NCBI GenBank assembly: GCA_963736855.1
Contig: CAVTQK010000009.1
Location: forward strand, 542,285 to 606,284
Reading direction: 5' to 3'
From: an uncultured delta proteobacterium
Lineage (GTDB): Bacteria > Desulfobacterota > Desulfobacteria > Desulfobacterales > UBA2156
Length of the DNA stretch: 64,000 nt
The translations under genes were made by a program, and so were the position numbers. The notes under the pieces were generated by a model. The model was not told where the DNA came from. It saw only the letters and a program-made list of their open reading frames with translations, and did no database searches. This document shows positions 38,650-49,786 of this stretch, in pieces. Each line of letters opens with the position of its first letter. Positions within the stretch are counted from its first letter, which is position 1.

Positions 38650-41090
38650 TTACTTTTTTTCCAGCAGCGCCATGGCCTGAGCAATCTCCTTTTGCGTAAC
38701 GGTTTTACGCAATTGCTCCACGCGGGTCATGACTTCGGCAAAGCGCATGCCTTCGGCGGCGCTGATCCACTCCAGCTGCAGCCGCTCGGGGCGCAGGCCG
38801 CGCTTTTCCATCTTCTTGCGCATCTTGCTCCACGCGCTTGTCGGTCCAGTGGTTGGCATTGATGTAGTGGCAGTCGCCGATATGGCAGCCGCTGACCAGG
38901 ATCACCGGCGCGCCCTTTTTGAAAGCCGTGCCAGATGAAATTCTTCGTCCACCCGGCCCGAGCACATGGTGCGGATCAGGCGGACATTGGGCGGGTACTG
39001 CAGCCGCGAAACACCGGCATAGTCCGCGCCGGCATATGAACACCAGTTGCAGGCAAAGGTGAGAATCTTGTCCGGCGGGTTGTTCGCCAGCATGGCGTCG
39101 ATCTGCTCGTAGATCTGGGCGTCGGTGAAATGGTTCATGGTGATGGCGCCGAAGGGGCACTCGGCTGCGCAGGTGCCGCAGCCGGCTGCAGGCGGCCGTG
39201 GCCACCTGGGCCGGGATCTTCTTCTTGGGGTCCACGGTGATGGCGTTGTAGGGGCACACCTCGGCGCACTTGCCGCAGGCCTTGCACAGCTTCGGATGAC
39301 CTCGGAGGTGATGGCTTCGGCCGTGATCTGGTCGGCCTGCATCAGGCGGATGGCGCGCACCGCCGCGGCCGAGGCCTGGGTGACGCTCTCCTTGATGTCC
39401 TTGGGCCCTTCGGCGCAGCCGGCATAGAATACGCCGCGCGTGGCGGCATCCACGGGCTGCAGCTTGGGATGGGCTTCCAGGAAAAAACCGTCGGAGGTCA
39501 ACTGCAACCCGAGCATCTCCTGCAGCTTCTGGGTGTCGGGGGCCGGTTCGATGCCGATGGCCAGCACCAGCATATCCAGCTCGTAGTATTCAGAGCGCCG
39601 CTGGCCGATGTTCTCCACGGCCACGCGCAGGCTGCCGTCGGGCAGCTCTTCCACATGGCCCGGCAACCCGCGCACATAGTGCACGCCCAGGCGCCGGCTG
39701 CGGGTGTAGAGATCTTCGAACCCTTTGCCGAAGGCGCGGATGTCGATGTAGAAGACCTTGACCTCCATATCCGGGTAGTGCTCCTTGAGCACCAGGGTGC
39801 TTTTGATGGTGTTCATGCAGCAGACGTTGGAGCAGTAGGACTTGCCGCGCCGGGCCGAGCGGGAGCCCACGCATTGGATGAATCCGATGGATTTGGGCGG
39901 CTTGCGGTCCGTGGGGCGCAGCAGATGGCCCTGGGTGGGGCCGCCGGCATTGACCAGACGTTCGAACTCCAGGCTGGTGAGCACGTTTTCAAAGCGGGTG
40001 TAACCGTATTCGTCCAGAATGCGCGGATCATGGGGCGCAAGGCCGGTGGCCACCACGATGGTGCCCACCGCTCGGTCAAGGTCTGATCGGACATGTGAAA
40101 ATCGATGCACTTCTTCTCGCAGGCTTCCAGACATTTGCTGCACACCGCGGGATTGTGGCCCAGGCACTCGTGGGGATTGATCACATAGGCCGACGGCACG
40201 GCCTGGGGAAAGGGCGAGTAAATAGCGCGCCGCGAGGAGAGGCCCAGGTTGAACTCGTCGGGCCGCACCACCGGGCATACCTTGGCGCATTCGCCGCAGG
40301 CGGTGCACTCCTTTTCATCGACATAGCGGGCCTTTTTGACGATCTGAACGTCGAAGTTGCCCACATAGCCTTTGACATCCACCACTTCGCTCATGGTGTG
40401 AATCTTGATCCGGGGATGCCGACCGGCATCCGTCATCTTCGGACCCAGGATTCAGATGGAGCAGTCCATGGTGGGAAAGGTCTTGTCCAGCTGGGCCATG
40501 ACGCCGCCGATGGAGGGCTGCTTTTCCACCAGCACCACTTCATAGCCGTTGTCGGCCATGTCCAGGGCCGACTGGATGCCGGCGACGCCGCCGCCGATCA
40601 CCAGGGCGCGCTGGGTCATGGGCATCTTGGCCTCGGTCAGCGGCTTGCAGGCGGCGCACACGGGCAACGGCCATCTTCACCAGATCCAGGGCCTTGACGG
40701 TGGCGGCCTGCGGTTCCTTCATGTGGACCCAGCTGCACTGCTCGCGCAGGTTGGCCATCTCCAGCAGATAGGGATTGAGGCCGGCGGCTGACCAGCATCT
40801 GGCGAAAGGTGGGCTCGTGCAGCCGCGGCGAGCAGGAAGCCGATCACGATGCGGTTCAGACCGTTGGTTTCAATGTCTTCGCGGATTTCGCGCTGGCCCG
40901 GTTCGCTGCACGCATAGCCGATGCCCTTGGCCACGACCACATCGGGCAGACTGGGCCGCCTGCGGCCGCTACGCCGTCGCAATCCACGGTCTGGGCGATG
41001 TTCAGGCCGCAGTGGCACACATAGACGCCGATGCGGGGCTCGTTCGCTGGAGGCTGCGCCGGGTTTGATAGAAGTAATTGGCAGTGTCAT
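38650..41090 (-). pseudogene. hdrA: heterodisulfide reductase subunit A fused to an MvhD domain; Sec codon plus at least 8 frameshifts in this assembly
   Basis: Traced across frames: MTLPIT..EPRIGVYVCHCGLNIAQ.. VVVAKGIGYACSEPGQ.. [10 protein letters not shown].. [12 protein letters not shown].. [20 protein letters not shown].. [11 protein letters not shown][TGA]ILGPKM.. FIQCVGSRS.. C-terminal Mvh[35 protein letters not shown]. Confidence 0.8.
40415..40430 (-). promoter_or_regulatory. SECIS-like hairpin 21 nt downstream of the hdrA UGA
   Basis: The minus strand reads GATGCC-GGTC-GGCATC (perfect 6-bp stem, GGUC loop) after TGA 40454-40452. Confidence 0.6.
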
Positions 41091-41243
41091 GGTGCGTTCC
41101 TTTTTAAAATTATCCACTATTTTTCGTGGATCTTCTTTTTCTAAATTCTAAATTCGAATTTCGACACTCAAAACAGATAAGAAATCCGAATGATTCAATG
41201 CTCAAAACGCGAACAGAAAATAATCAGCCTGTCCCTCTCTTCT

Positions 41244-42836
41244 TCATGCCCAATAAATGCTTTTCGCGATAACACTGGTCAAATCCATCATCTCCATCTT
41301 CAGCGCCTTGCCCTTGCATCGGCATCTTCCATGGCGCAGCGCAGGTGGATCTGGCATTTGGGACAGGCGGTGATCATGGATCCGCCGCCGGTTTCGCGTG
41401 GCGCGTTCAGGCGCTGGACCTGCATGCTTTTGCTGAAGGCATCGCAGCCGATCCAGGCGCTGTTGCCGCAGCAGACGCTGGCCGCGTCGCTGTCCGCCAG
41501 CAGTTGGGGGTCGGTCCGCGCACAGACTGCTTGAGCAGTTTGCGCGGCAAGGCGGCCTGGCCGTTGAAACGGCTCTGGCGGCAGGCATCCTGAAACGTGA
41601 CCGTGCGTCTCCAGGGGTTTGAAGGCCACGGCGCCCTTGTCGATTTCGCGCTCCAGGTATTCGTGGATGTGGGTGACCTTGACCGGCAGTGTAATGCCGT
41701 AACGCGCATACTCCTGGCTCAAGGTGTGATAGCATTCAGGGCAGGCCGTGATTACCTCTTGGGCGCCGCTTTCCGCGATGGCCTGGGCATTGAGCCGGGC
41801 CAGGCGCATGAAATTGGCCTGGTCCCCGGACCAGAGCAGATCGTGGCCGCAGCAGCGCTCGTTTTCCAGAACAATCGGTTCCACATCGAAGAAGTTGAGC
41901 AGGCGCAGGCTGTCTTCCAAGATCTGCTGGGTGTGCACGCCCAGGAATTTGCGGAAGAAGATGTCGAAATAGGCCGCGCAACCGCCGAAGAATAGAATGG
42001 GGCTTTGCTTGCGCACGCGGATGTTATCGGGCAAATGCAGCCAGCGCCGGGGTACAAGGCTCTCGGCGGTCATGGCGCGCATGATGCTTTGAAAGAATCC
42101 GCCGTGCGCCGGCGCAGCGGTGATCTCTCGGCTGTGGTAGTAACTGCGCATCTCCTTGATGAATTCCGGAAAGTTGACCGCCGACGGGCAGCGTTCGTAG
42201 CAGATGCCGCAGGTCAGGCAAGCATTGACCGCGGCGCGCACCTCGGGCCGGTCCGCGCGGCCGGCGATGATTTCAGCGGCAACGAAACGAGGCGAAAAAG
42301 GCTTTCCGGCCAGGGCCAGGGGGCAGGCCGACGTGCATTTGCCGCAGTCCTGGCAGGCGAAGACATCATGGGCTGCAATGATGGCTTCGGAGCTGGCCGG
42401 CACCTCGGCCGGTTCCCAGGAAGAGGCGGCTGGTACCGAAATAGGACTTATACCCATTTGGCGCACCCGCTCGGTAAAGTGCTTTGAGAAAAGCCAGCAG
42501 CTGTCCGGGCTGATCGGGCAGGAAGTTGCCCAGTTGCAGTCGCTCTTGTCCAATGCCCATCAATTCCAGGATCTGGCGCGTATCTTCGGTATTCTCGCGA
42601 GCTGCTTCGGTGCCGGTGCCGTAGCGGCAGGAACCGGGTTGGCAGCCCAGAACGATAACGCCGTCGGCGCCCATCTCAAAGGGCTTGAACAGCAGGGCCT
42701 TGGTGATGCGTCCGCTGCACGGAATGCGCACCATTTTGATTTCCAGGGGAATATCGGCGCGCTGCTCCTGCAACTGTCTGATAGGCCACGTGGGGTCCCC
42801 AGTTGCACAAAAACAGGATAATTTTGAACTCTTGCA
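41244..42836 (-). pseudogene. MvhD-like domain followed by HdrC/HdrB-like module (2x[4Fe-4S] plus two CCG domains); several frameshifts; gene boundary unresolved
   Basis: MQEFKIILFLCNWGPH..IKMVRIPCSGRI..VLGCQPGSCRY (MvhD-like); CQDCGKCTSACP and CLTCGICYERCP (HdrC-like); ERCCGHD and VCCGNSAW..ITACPKC (CCG/HdrB-like). AGGAG precedes ATG 42836. Confidence 0.7.
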
Positions 42837-42841
42837 TAGTA

Positions 42842-45800
42842 TCAGCTCCTGGCCGCAGGGCGCGAGCAGCTCCACCAGGGTCTGTTCCAGGTAGGCCTGG
42901 TCGCGGAAGGGGCTGTCCGCCGCATTGGACGGGCAGACCGAGATACAGTTGCCGCACCCCTTGCACAAGACATCGTCCACCACGGCGGTAAGATGCCGTT
43001 GGCACCATTGGTTTTGAGGCTCACGGCCTGGTAGGGACAGGCTTTCAGACAGCGTCCGCAACCCCGGCATAGCGCTTCATTGATCACTACTGAAAAGCCC
43101 CGGCTTTGGCGCGGTCCCCTGGGCATGGCGGCGGCGGCCAGCATGGCCGCAGCTTCGCCCTTGGAGCGCTTGGAGATTTGGATGCCGGGCGGATCGGCCA
43201 GGAAAAGACCGGAGATGGAGGTGCTGCACGGATACATGAAAGGAATGTCCGGGACCCCCTCTTTCTGCATACGGGCCTGTACCCGCATGCCGGGCAGGTC
43301 GGCATGGGGATGGTAGATGGCGATATTGCGCGACTTTTCACCCAGAATGACTCCACCCACGGTGAAGACCCGCTCGGCGCCGTCGCAAAGGGCATGGATC
43401 TGGAAATTGCCGATGGTGCCGCTGACCGCCGCCACAGTGGAGCCGTTAAAAGCAAAGATCGACGGGTGGTCCGGTGTCTGGCTGAGAGGATTTGTAGCTG
43501 ATCCGAACAGCAACACATCGAAACCCGCCTGGGCCAAGGTCTGGGCGGCGCTGGTGGCGGCCTCGGTCTGGCCGATCACGGCGGTGGTGAAGTTGTAGCC
43601 CCGGGCTGGCGCGGGAAAGGGCAGCAGTTTGCGGGCTCGTCCGATGCTGCGGGTCACGATCCCTTTAAAGAGCCGCACGGCAAGAGCTTCATCCTGGACT
43701 ATGTGGCGCAGCACTTCGCCCCGCACATTAACAGTTTGCACCATGGAGCGGCTGATGCCGGTGCCGTCAAAGAGGCCCCGCTTGAGACGGCTGCGCTGGT
43801 CCGTGCAGGCGCTGCACACGAAGTTGAGCGGACAGCAGACGCACGAGGCGATCACCAGGCGGGTCAATCCTTTGTCGCGCACACTGTCCACAATGCGATG
43901 GATGCCGTCGGGAATACAGGCCGAAACCAGCACTTCGGTGTGCACGATGTCGGGTTGCCGGTTCAGTTCATTTAAGTAGCTATCCAACTCGGCGGACCAG
44001 CCAAAGGAGTCGTTGCAGCGGCAGGCAAATACGCCGATGCGGATATTCTTGTCCAGGCTGGTCTCAGGAGGCACAAAGACCATGCCCTGGCCCTTGATGC
44101 GCATGCCATTGCGTTGTAGCAGCACCATGGCCCGGGCCGCGGCTGCATAGCCGCGCAGCATCATGGCGTAGACGTCGGGTTTGGCGCTGGGCGGGCCATA
44201 GGCCCGGATCACATCATCGCCCTTGATCTCCGGGGCCAGGTCGCGGGTCCGCCACGATCACCACGCCCGCATTTTCGAAAGTTGTCTCCACGGTCTGGTC
44301 GTGGCGAATGGCCTGATTGGCCGCGCAGGCCGGCACGCAGGCCAGGCACTGGGCGCAGCCACCGCACTGCAGGCAGCGCTTGGCTTCGGCTTGGGCCTGG
44401 GCTTCGTCCAGTCCCAGAGCCACTTCGGTAAAACCAGAGCGGCGCTGGTCCGGGGGAAGCTCAGGCATCCGGGTGCGCGGCTGAAACGGCAGATCCGCGG
44501 CAATGGACTCGAAATCCCGATCCAGGGGCCGGATAGCGGCAGGCCGAATCTGGCGAAAATCCTCGCCGGTAAGATCATGCATCACCTGCCAGGCGACCTT
44601 GCGTCCGTCCGCCATGGCCTGGACCACTGAGGTGGCGCCGCTGACCGCATCGCCGGCCGCGTAGATGCCTTCGCAGGGTTGTGCGGCCATGCCCATCCAC
44701 GGCCAGCAGCCCCAGGTCCGTGATAGCCAGACTGTCTTGGCCGCGCATCACGCCATATGCGCCGGCCTGGCCGATGGCCACAAAAGCGCGCTCGAAATGG
44801 ATCTCCTCCTTGGGACTGTCGGGCACTATCACGGGCCAGCAAATACCCTTGGCATCCGCCGGCACCCGGCTGGGTGGCCCGCACCAGCAGCCCTTGCAGC
44901 ACGCCGTTGGCGCCTTGAAACCCCACTACCTGGCGCCGGTCCAGGATGGTGATGCCCTCGGCCAGGGCGGCCTCGACTTCGTCCGCATCCGCTGGGATTT
45001 CGCTTTGGGCAAACCAGGATATGATGGTCACGGCCGCTCCCAGGCGGCGCAATACGCGGGCCAGATCTAAGGCCGCATTGCCGTCGCCTATGACCGCCAC
45101 TTGACCGCTCTGCTCGTGCGCCTCACCGCGATAAAACCGGTTTAAAAAGGCCACGCACCCCTCGACACCGGCCAGGGTCTCGCCCTCGACCCCCAACCGC
45201 CGGTCAGCCCACGAACCCGTGGTAACAATCACGGCCTGGTGGTTCTTGCGTAGTTCAGCCAGCCCCTGGGGCAAGGCCACGGCATGGTTGGTGACGATTT
45301 TAACGCCCTCGGCCTGGATGGCGGTGATTTCAGCATCCAGTATATCCCGGGGCAGCCGGTGGGGACCGATGCCGTAGCGCAGCAAGCCGCCGACCTCGCT
45401 CTCTTTTTCAAAGATCGTCACCCCAAATCCCTGGCGTGCCAGGTCAGCCGCGGCCGCCAAACCAGCAGGACCCGAGCCGATCACGGCAATGCGCTCGGCG
45501 CGAGCAGGCGGGTCATTGGCCAGCCGAGGGGTTTTGAGGGCCGCGGCTTGGTCGGCTACAAAGCGTTTAATGTCGCGGATGGCCAAGGCCTCATCTTTTT
45601 CACCGCGCCGGCAGGCGGCCTCGCAGGGATGGGTGCAGATGCGGCCGCACACCGCGGGCAGCACATTGTTCCTGCCGGATCAGATCCAGGGCCTCTGAAT
45701 AGCGGCCGGCCGCGGTCAGGGCCATATAGCCTTGCACATTGACGCCCAAGGGGCAGTTGGCCTGGCACAAGGGCTCGCGCCGTTTGTCGATAACGGCCCG

Positions 45801-46228
45801 GCCCGGCAAGGCCATGCGGCCGATGGTTTGGATGGGGCGCATGATTCCCGAGCCCGCACACAGGGCACGCTTCGGCGCACCGGCCGCACAAGGTGCAGCG
45901 CTTGGCATCCACATAGGTGGGGATCGGATCGATCTGGACTCTGAACCCTTGCTGGCTGTGCTTGATTGAACGGATCTGTGGCCGGCAGAAGGCAGCGGAT
46001 ATTGCCGTTGCGCAGGATGCGGATCAGGCCGGGACGGTGGGCGAAATTGAACGGCACGCCGGAGTCGAGGCGGTACGGCTCGGCGCTCAATTTTTGATCC
46101 AGGTCCGCATCGATATCCACCATGGTAATAGGGACGCCCAACTCGCCCAGCTTGTTGGCCGCAGCCACGCCAGCCGGATTGGCGCCGATGATCAGCACGC
46201 TATGCAATCTGTTCTTGGCTTTTTTCAT
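42842..46228 (-). pseudogene. HdrL-like large flavoprotein (HdrA-like plus GltD/NfnB-like NAD(P)H module plus ferredoxin domains); at least 7 frameshifts
   Basis: VLIIGANPAGVAAANKLG; CTLCGRCAEACP; CPLGVNVQGY..LPAVCGRICTHPCEAAC; VIGSGPAGLAAAADLA; GIYAAGDAVSG; CVCCPLNFVCSAC; CRGCGRCLKACP; CKGCGNCISVCP. Its ATG overlaps the upstream stop (ATGA at 46225-46228). Confidence 0.7.
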
Positions 46229-46801
46229 GCCACTACTCCAACTTGACCGGCGGCCTTGTGCCGACGGCCCTTTAGGGTGGCCTGGGCAAACTCCCAGCCC
46301 CGCTCAAAGGCCTTGAGATTGGTCTGCACCGTGGCCTTGGGCACGGATTTGGCCACCGTGTCGCGGGCCGCATCCATGGAAACCGCTCCGGTGACAGCGG
46401 TCAGGAACCCGATCATGATGATGTTGGCCATCATTTTATTGCCCAGCTCCTCGGCAAAGCGAGTGCAGGGAATGGCGAAGTGATCCCGCTCCTCCGGAGC
46501 CTTGACCAGATCCTGCTCGATGATCAGCATGCCGTCGGCCTTGAGCGTGGCAAACTGCTTGTCAAAGCCGGACTGGGACATGCACACCAGGATATCGGGA
46601 TTCTGAATATAGGGAAAATAGATCGGACCGTCGGCAATGGTTACCTGGGCGCTGCACGCACCGCCCCGGGATTCAGGACCATAGGATTGCACCAGGGTGC
46701 TCTCCAGTTTGTCGCACAATGGCTGCGGCCTGGCCCAAGATGCGTCCCGCCAGCACAACCCCCTGCCCGCCGAAACCGGTGATGGTTATTTGTTTAAACA
46801 T
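46225..46801 (-). CDS. 2-oxoacid:ferredoxin oxidoreductase gamma subunit; one frameshift near 46735
   Basis: MFKQITITGFGGQGVVLAGRILGQAAA joins ...LVQSYGPESRGGACSAQVTI... Confidence 0.8.
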
Positions 46802-46826
46802 ATTACGTTCCCATGTTGGCCGGAGT

Positions 46827-47696
46827 TTAGGTCTTAAGTGAAGGTGTTCCATTATGCGGTAACCTGCATGTCTTATCGTAATTCTCGATGCAGGTAGGCC
46901 GCTGCTTGTCCACAAACTCTCCCAGCACCACCTTTTTGCTGAAATCCACCTCCAGGTCGCTGGGGTCGGTATGGTTGCGGATAATGGTTTGCTCTTGATA
47001 AAGCTTGAGGGTCTGCAATGGCTTTTCCTTGTTGCGCCGGCCATAGTTGACCGGACAAGGACCCAACACCTCGATAAAGGAAAAACCGCTTTTCAAAATA
47101 GCCTTTTGAATACACTGGGTCAGCTCCCGGATGTGCAGGATGGTCCAGCGCGCCACATAGGTGGCGCCCGCGGCCCAGGCCAGCAGCGGCAGGTTGAAGG
47201 GCGCCTCGGGATTGCCCGCCGGTGTGGTAGTGGTGCGCGCCAAAAAGGGCGTGGTGGACGCCACTTGGCCGCCGGTCATGCCGTAGTTCAGATTGTTCAG
47301 GCAGATCACGGTGAGATCCATGTTGCGCCGGGCCGCATGAATGAAATGATTGCCACCGATGGCAAACAGATCGCCGTCTCCGCTGAACACCACCACATTG
47401 AGCTTGGGATTGCCCAGTTTGAGTCCCGTGGCAAAGGGAATGGCCCGGCCGTGGGTGGTATGAAACGAATCGAGCTTGACGTAGCCTGCTGCCCGGCCCG
47501 AGCAGCCAATCCCCGAGACCATGCACATGTTGCGCAGATCGGTCCCGCTGGCCTTCATGGCCGATAAGCAGGCGGCAAAGGCGGTACCGATGCCACATCC
47601 CGGACACCAGATATGAGGAATGCGATCGGAGCGGATTAGATCCTCCAGGGGATGGTCAGGCACCACAGCCTCTCTGGCACGGACGGTTACGGGCAT
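46827..47696 (-). CDS. 2-oxoacid:ferredoxin oxidoreductase beta subunit (TPP-binding)
   Basis: HIWCPGCGIG...SGIGCSGR...FSGDGDLFAIGGNHFIHAARRN. Start taken at MPVTVRARE. Confidence 0.88.
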   Translation of the reverse strand: MPVTVRAREAVVPDHPLEDLIRSDRIPHIWCPGCGIGTAFAACLSAMKASGTDLRNMCMVSGIGCSGRAAGYVKLDSFHTTHGRAIPFATGLKLGNPKLNVVVFSGDGDLFAIGGNHFIHAARRNMDLTVICLNNLNYGMTGGQVASTTPFLARTTTTPAGNPEAPFNLPLLAWAAGATYVARWTILHIRELTQCIQKAILKSGFSFIEVLGPCPVNYGRRNKEKPLQTLKLYQEQTIIRNHTDPSDLEVDFSKKVVLGEFVDKQRPTCIENYDKTCRLPHNGTPSLKT

Positions 47697-48843
47697 GGGA
47701 ACACCTCCTTCATTTTGGCGATCACCTGATCCGGTGTGATGATGGCGCCGCCGTGGTGGCCCACCAGGTGGCAAGGCACTCGGCCGGCCGCGGCGCGGGT
47801 CACCTCCAGGTGAATCTGTCCCAGGTTGATCTCCACGGTGACGAACGCCTTGACCCTCTCGGCCAGCGTCCGGATCTGTTTTTCGGCAAAGGGCCAGACC
47901 GTGATCAGGCGCAGGAAGCCCACCTTCAGCCCCATGGCGCGCGCCTGCTGCATGGCCGCCATGCTGGTGCGCGCCGAGATGCCGTAGGATACCAGCACGA
48001 TCTCGGCATCCTCCAGGTTATGGCCCTCGGTCATGATGATATCGTCGCGGTTGTCCAGAATTTTGCGTTTCAGTGCGCAGTCATCATCTCCTGCTGGGCC
48101 TCCACCGACATCACCGGGTAACCCTTTTCGTCGTGGGTCAGACCGGTGACATGCACGTTGTACCCTTCGCCGGCCGCCGGCATGGGGGCCACGCCGTTGG
48201 GTCCCGGCTTATAGAGTAGGAAGCGGTCCTTGCGGCCCTGGGGCTTGGGACGCCACTCGGTTTGAATATGCTCGGCCGGTGGAATGACCACCTTTTCGCT
48301 CATGTGGCCGACGATTTCGTCGGTCATGATGAAGACCGGCGTGCGGTAGCGTTCGCTCAGGTTGAAGGCCGTGATGGTCTGATAAAAAATCTCCTGGGCC
48401 GAGGCCGGCGCCAGGGCGATGATCTCGTAGTCGCCGTGGGATCCCCAGCGCACCTGCATCATGTCGGCCTGGGCGCCCATGGTGGGCAGGCCGGTGGACG
48501 GCCCGGCGCGCTGCACATTGACTATTACGCAGGGGGTTTCGGTGCAGACTGCCAGCCCGATGTTTTCCATCATCAGGCTGAAGCCCGGCCCGGAGGTGGC
48601 GGTCATGCTCTTCTGGCCCGCCCAGGCCGCCCCCAGAACCGAGGCAATGGCTGCGATTTCGTCCTCCATCTGGATGAAGGTGCCGCCCACCTCGGGCAGC
48701 CGCTCGGACATATGTTCGGCGATCTCGGTGGCCGGTGTGATGGGATAGCCCCCGAAAAAGAGGCATCCGGCTGCCAAGGCCCCCTCGGCGCACGCCTCGT
48801 CGCCGGTCATGAAGTGTTCGCCCGTTAGAATCGCTGGTTTCAT
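47687..48843 (-). CDS. 2-oxoacid:ferredoxin oxidoreductase alpha subunit; one frameshift near 48070
   Basis: GDEACAEGALAAGCLFFGGYPITPATEI...TATSGPGFSLMMENIG joins ...DAEIVLVSYGISARTSMAAMQQARAMGLKVGFLRLITVWPF. Confidence 0.85.
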
Positions 48844-48996
48844 GATGTTTCCGTTTTAGTTATTTGGGTGTAATTTTTTGGCAGTTGTGTTTTCCGTCTC
48901 CTTCGGACGTTCAAAGCAATCCGCGACCTTCAATCTATCCACCTAACTTGAAATCGGCAGAATATCTTGATCTAAAACCTAAAACGAGATTCCCAA

Positions 48997-49284
48997 TTAT
49001 GCCGCTCTCTCTTCCCCACTTTTTGACGCAGGTATCTCAACAGAGTATATCGCAAACTCAGGGCAGATAATTTCGCAGTAGTGGCAATTGACACACCCCT
49101 CTGGCTGAATCACCTCGGGCGGATGATACCCCTTTTTATTGAAGCGGGAAGAAAAGGCCAGAATCTTCTTGGGGCAGAACTCGATACAATAGCCGCAACC
49201 CTTGCAGCGATCCTCGATAATGTGAACCACACCCTGGGAAATCTTAATTGCATTCGAATCAAATGGCACGCGCCAGTATTCCAT
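48997..49284 (-). CDS. 2-oxoacid:ferredoxin oxidoreductase delta subunit (2x[4Fe-4S] ferredoxin)
   Basis: MEYWRVPF...CKGCGYCIEFCP...CVNCHYCEIICP. GGGGAGA RBS lies before ATG 49284. The ORF-track start 49401 is probably upstream read-through. Confidence 0.8.
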   Translation of the reverse strand: MEYWRVPFDSNAIKISQGVVHIIEDRCKGCGYCIEFCPKKILAFSSRFNKKGYHPPEVIQPEGCVNCHYCEIICPEFAIYSVEIPASKSGEERAA

Positions 49285-49786
49285 AGCTCTCTCCCCATTT
49301 CGCCGGTACCTCAAGCCAAGTCCACCGCATAAAAGATCCAATATGCTGAATAAACGATAGTCTTGTATTTTACGGTGCGTCCGAATCAGCCGGCTATGCA
49401 TATATCAACGCATAGCAGACATCAATATTATTTTAGAGTGGTGATGAGAATCTTCGGGAGACCCCTTTATTTTTTTATGGGGGGTCCCCAAGTAGTTTTA
49501 AGAAGTGGGTTTGAGTGATCTGACCCCCTGTTTCTGAATTTATGTCCGGGAAGTTGGATTGAATTACGCGACATGATAGGACGAGATGTAGTCCGGGATT
49601 GTGGGGGGATTGCTTAGGCCATTAGTAATGGGAAAAAGGGTCGCAGAATGGAACAATCCTGTTCTCTCCATCCTTGAGCCCCAAGTATGGAAACGACCCC
49701 GGCTTCAAGGTATTCATGATTTACCGGTATTGATACCCACGTAGCCAAGCCGAAGGCCTCCGGAAAAAGCAAGCGCCTTCGACGGC

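Noticed and set aside
39469-40697. Long plus-strand ORFs (39469-40086, 40095-40697) opposite hdrA, plus similar antisense ORFs such as 23483-24226, 28452-29618, 36856-37872, 41597-41995 and 48262-48828
   Set aside because: These are stop-poor shadow frames of GC-rich genes. Their translations are low-complexity (Arg/Gly/Ala/Pro-rich) and show no motifs, whereas the opposite strand carries clear HdrA, FdhA, HynA, HypD and Kor motifs.
41109-41117. DnaA-box-like TTATCCACT
   Set aside because: It is a single copy with one mismatch and forms part of the ATCCAC-N8-GTGGAT palindrome. There is no cluster of boxes or AT-rich unwinding element, so it is not an origin.
41139-41166. Possible CRISPR or tandem-repeat array
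   Set aside because: Only four 7-nt units with no spacers, so it is not a CRISPR. No repeat-spacer architecture was seen anywhere in the window.
38650-48843. Simple call of a foreign high-GC island based on composition alone
   Set aside because: Hand counts show that the fdh and hyp genes elsewhere in the window reach similar G+C (about 60-65%), and the intergenic spacers inside the block are AT-rich like the rest. Composition alone does not demonstrate horizontal transfer. Only the flanking repeat and the transposase remnant are retained as evidence.
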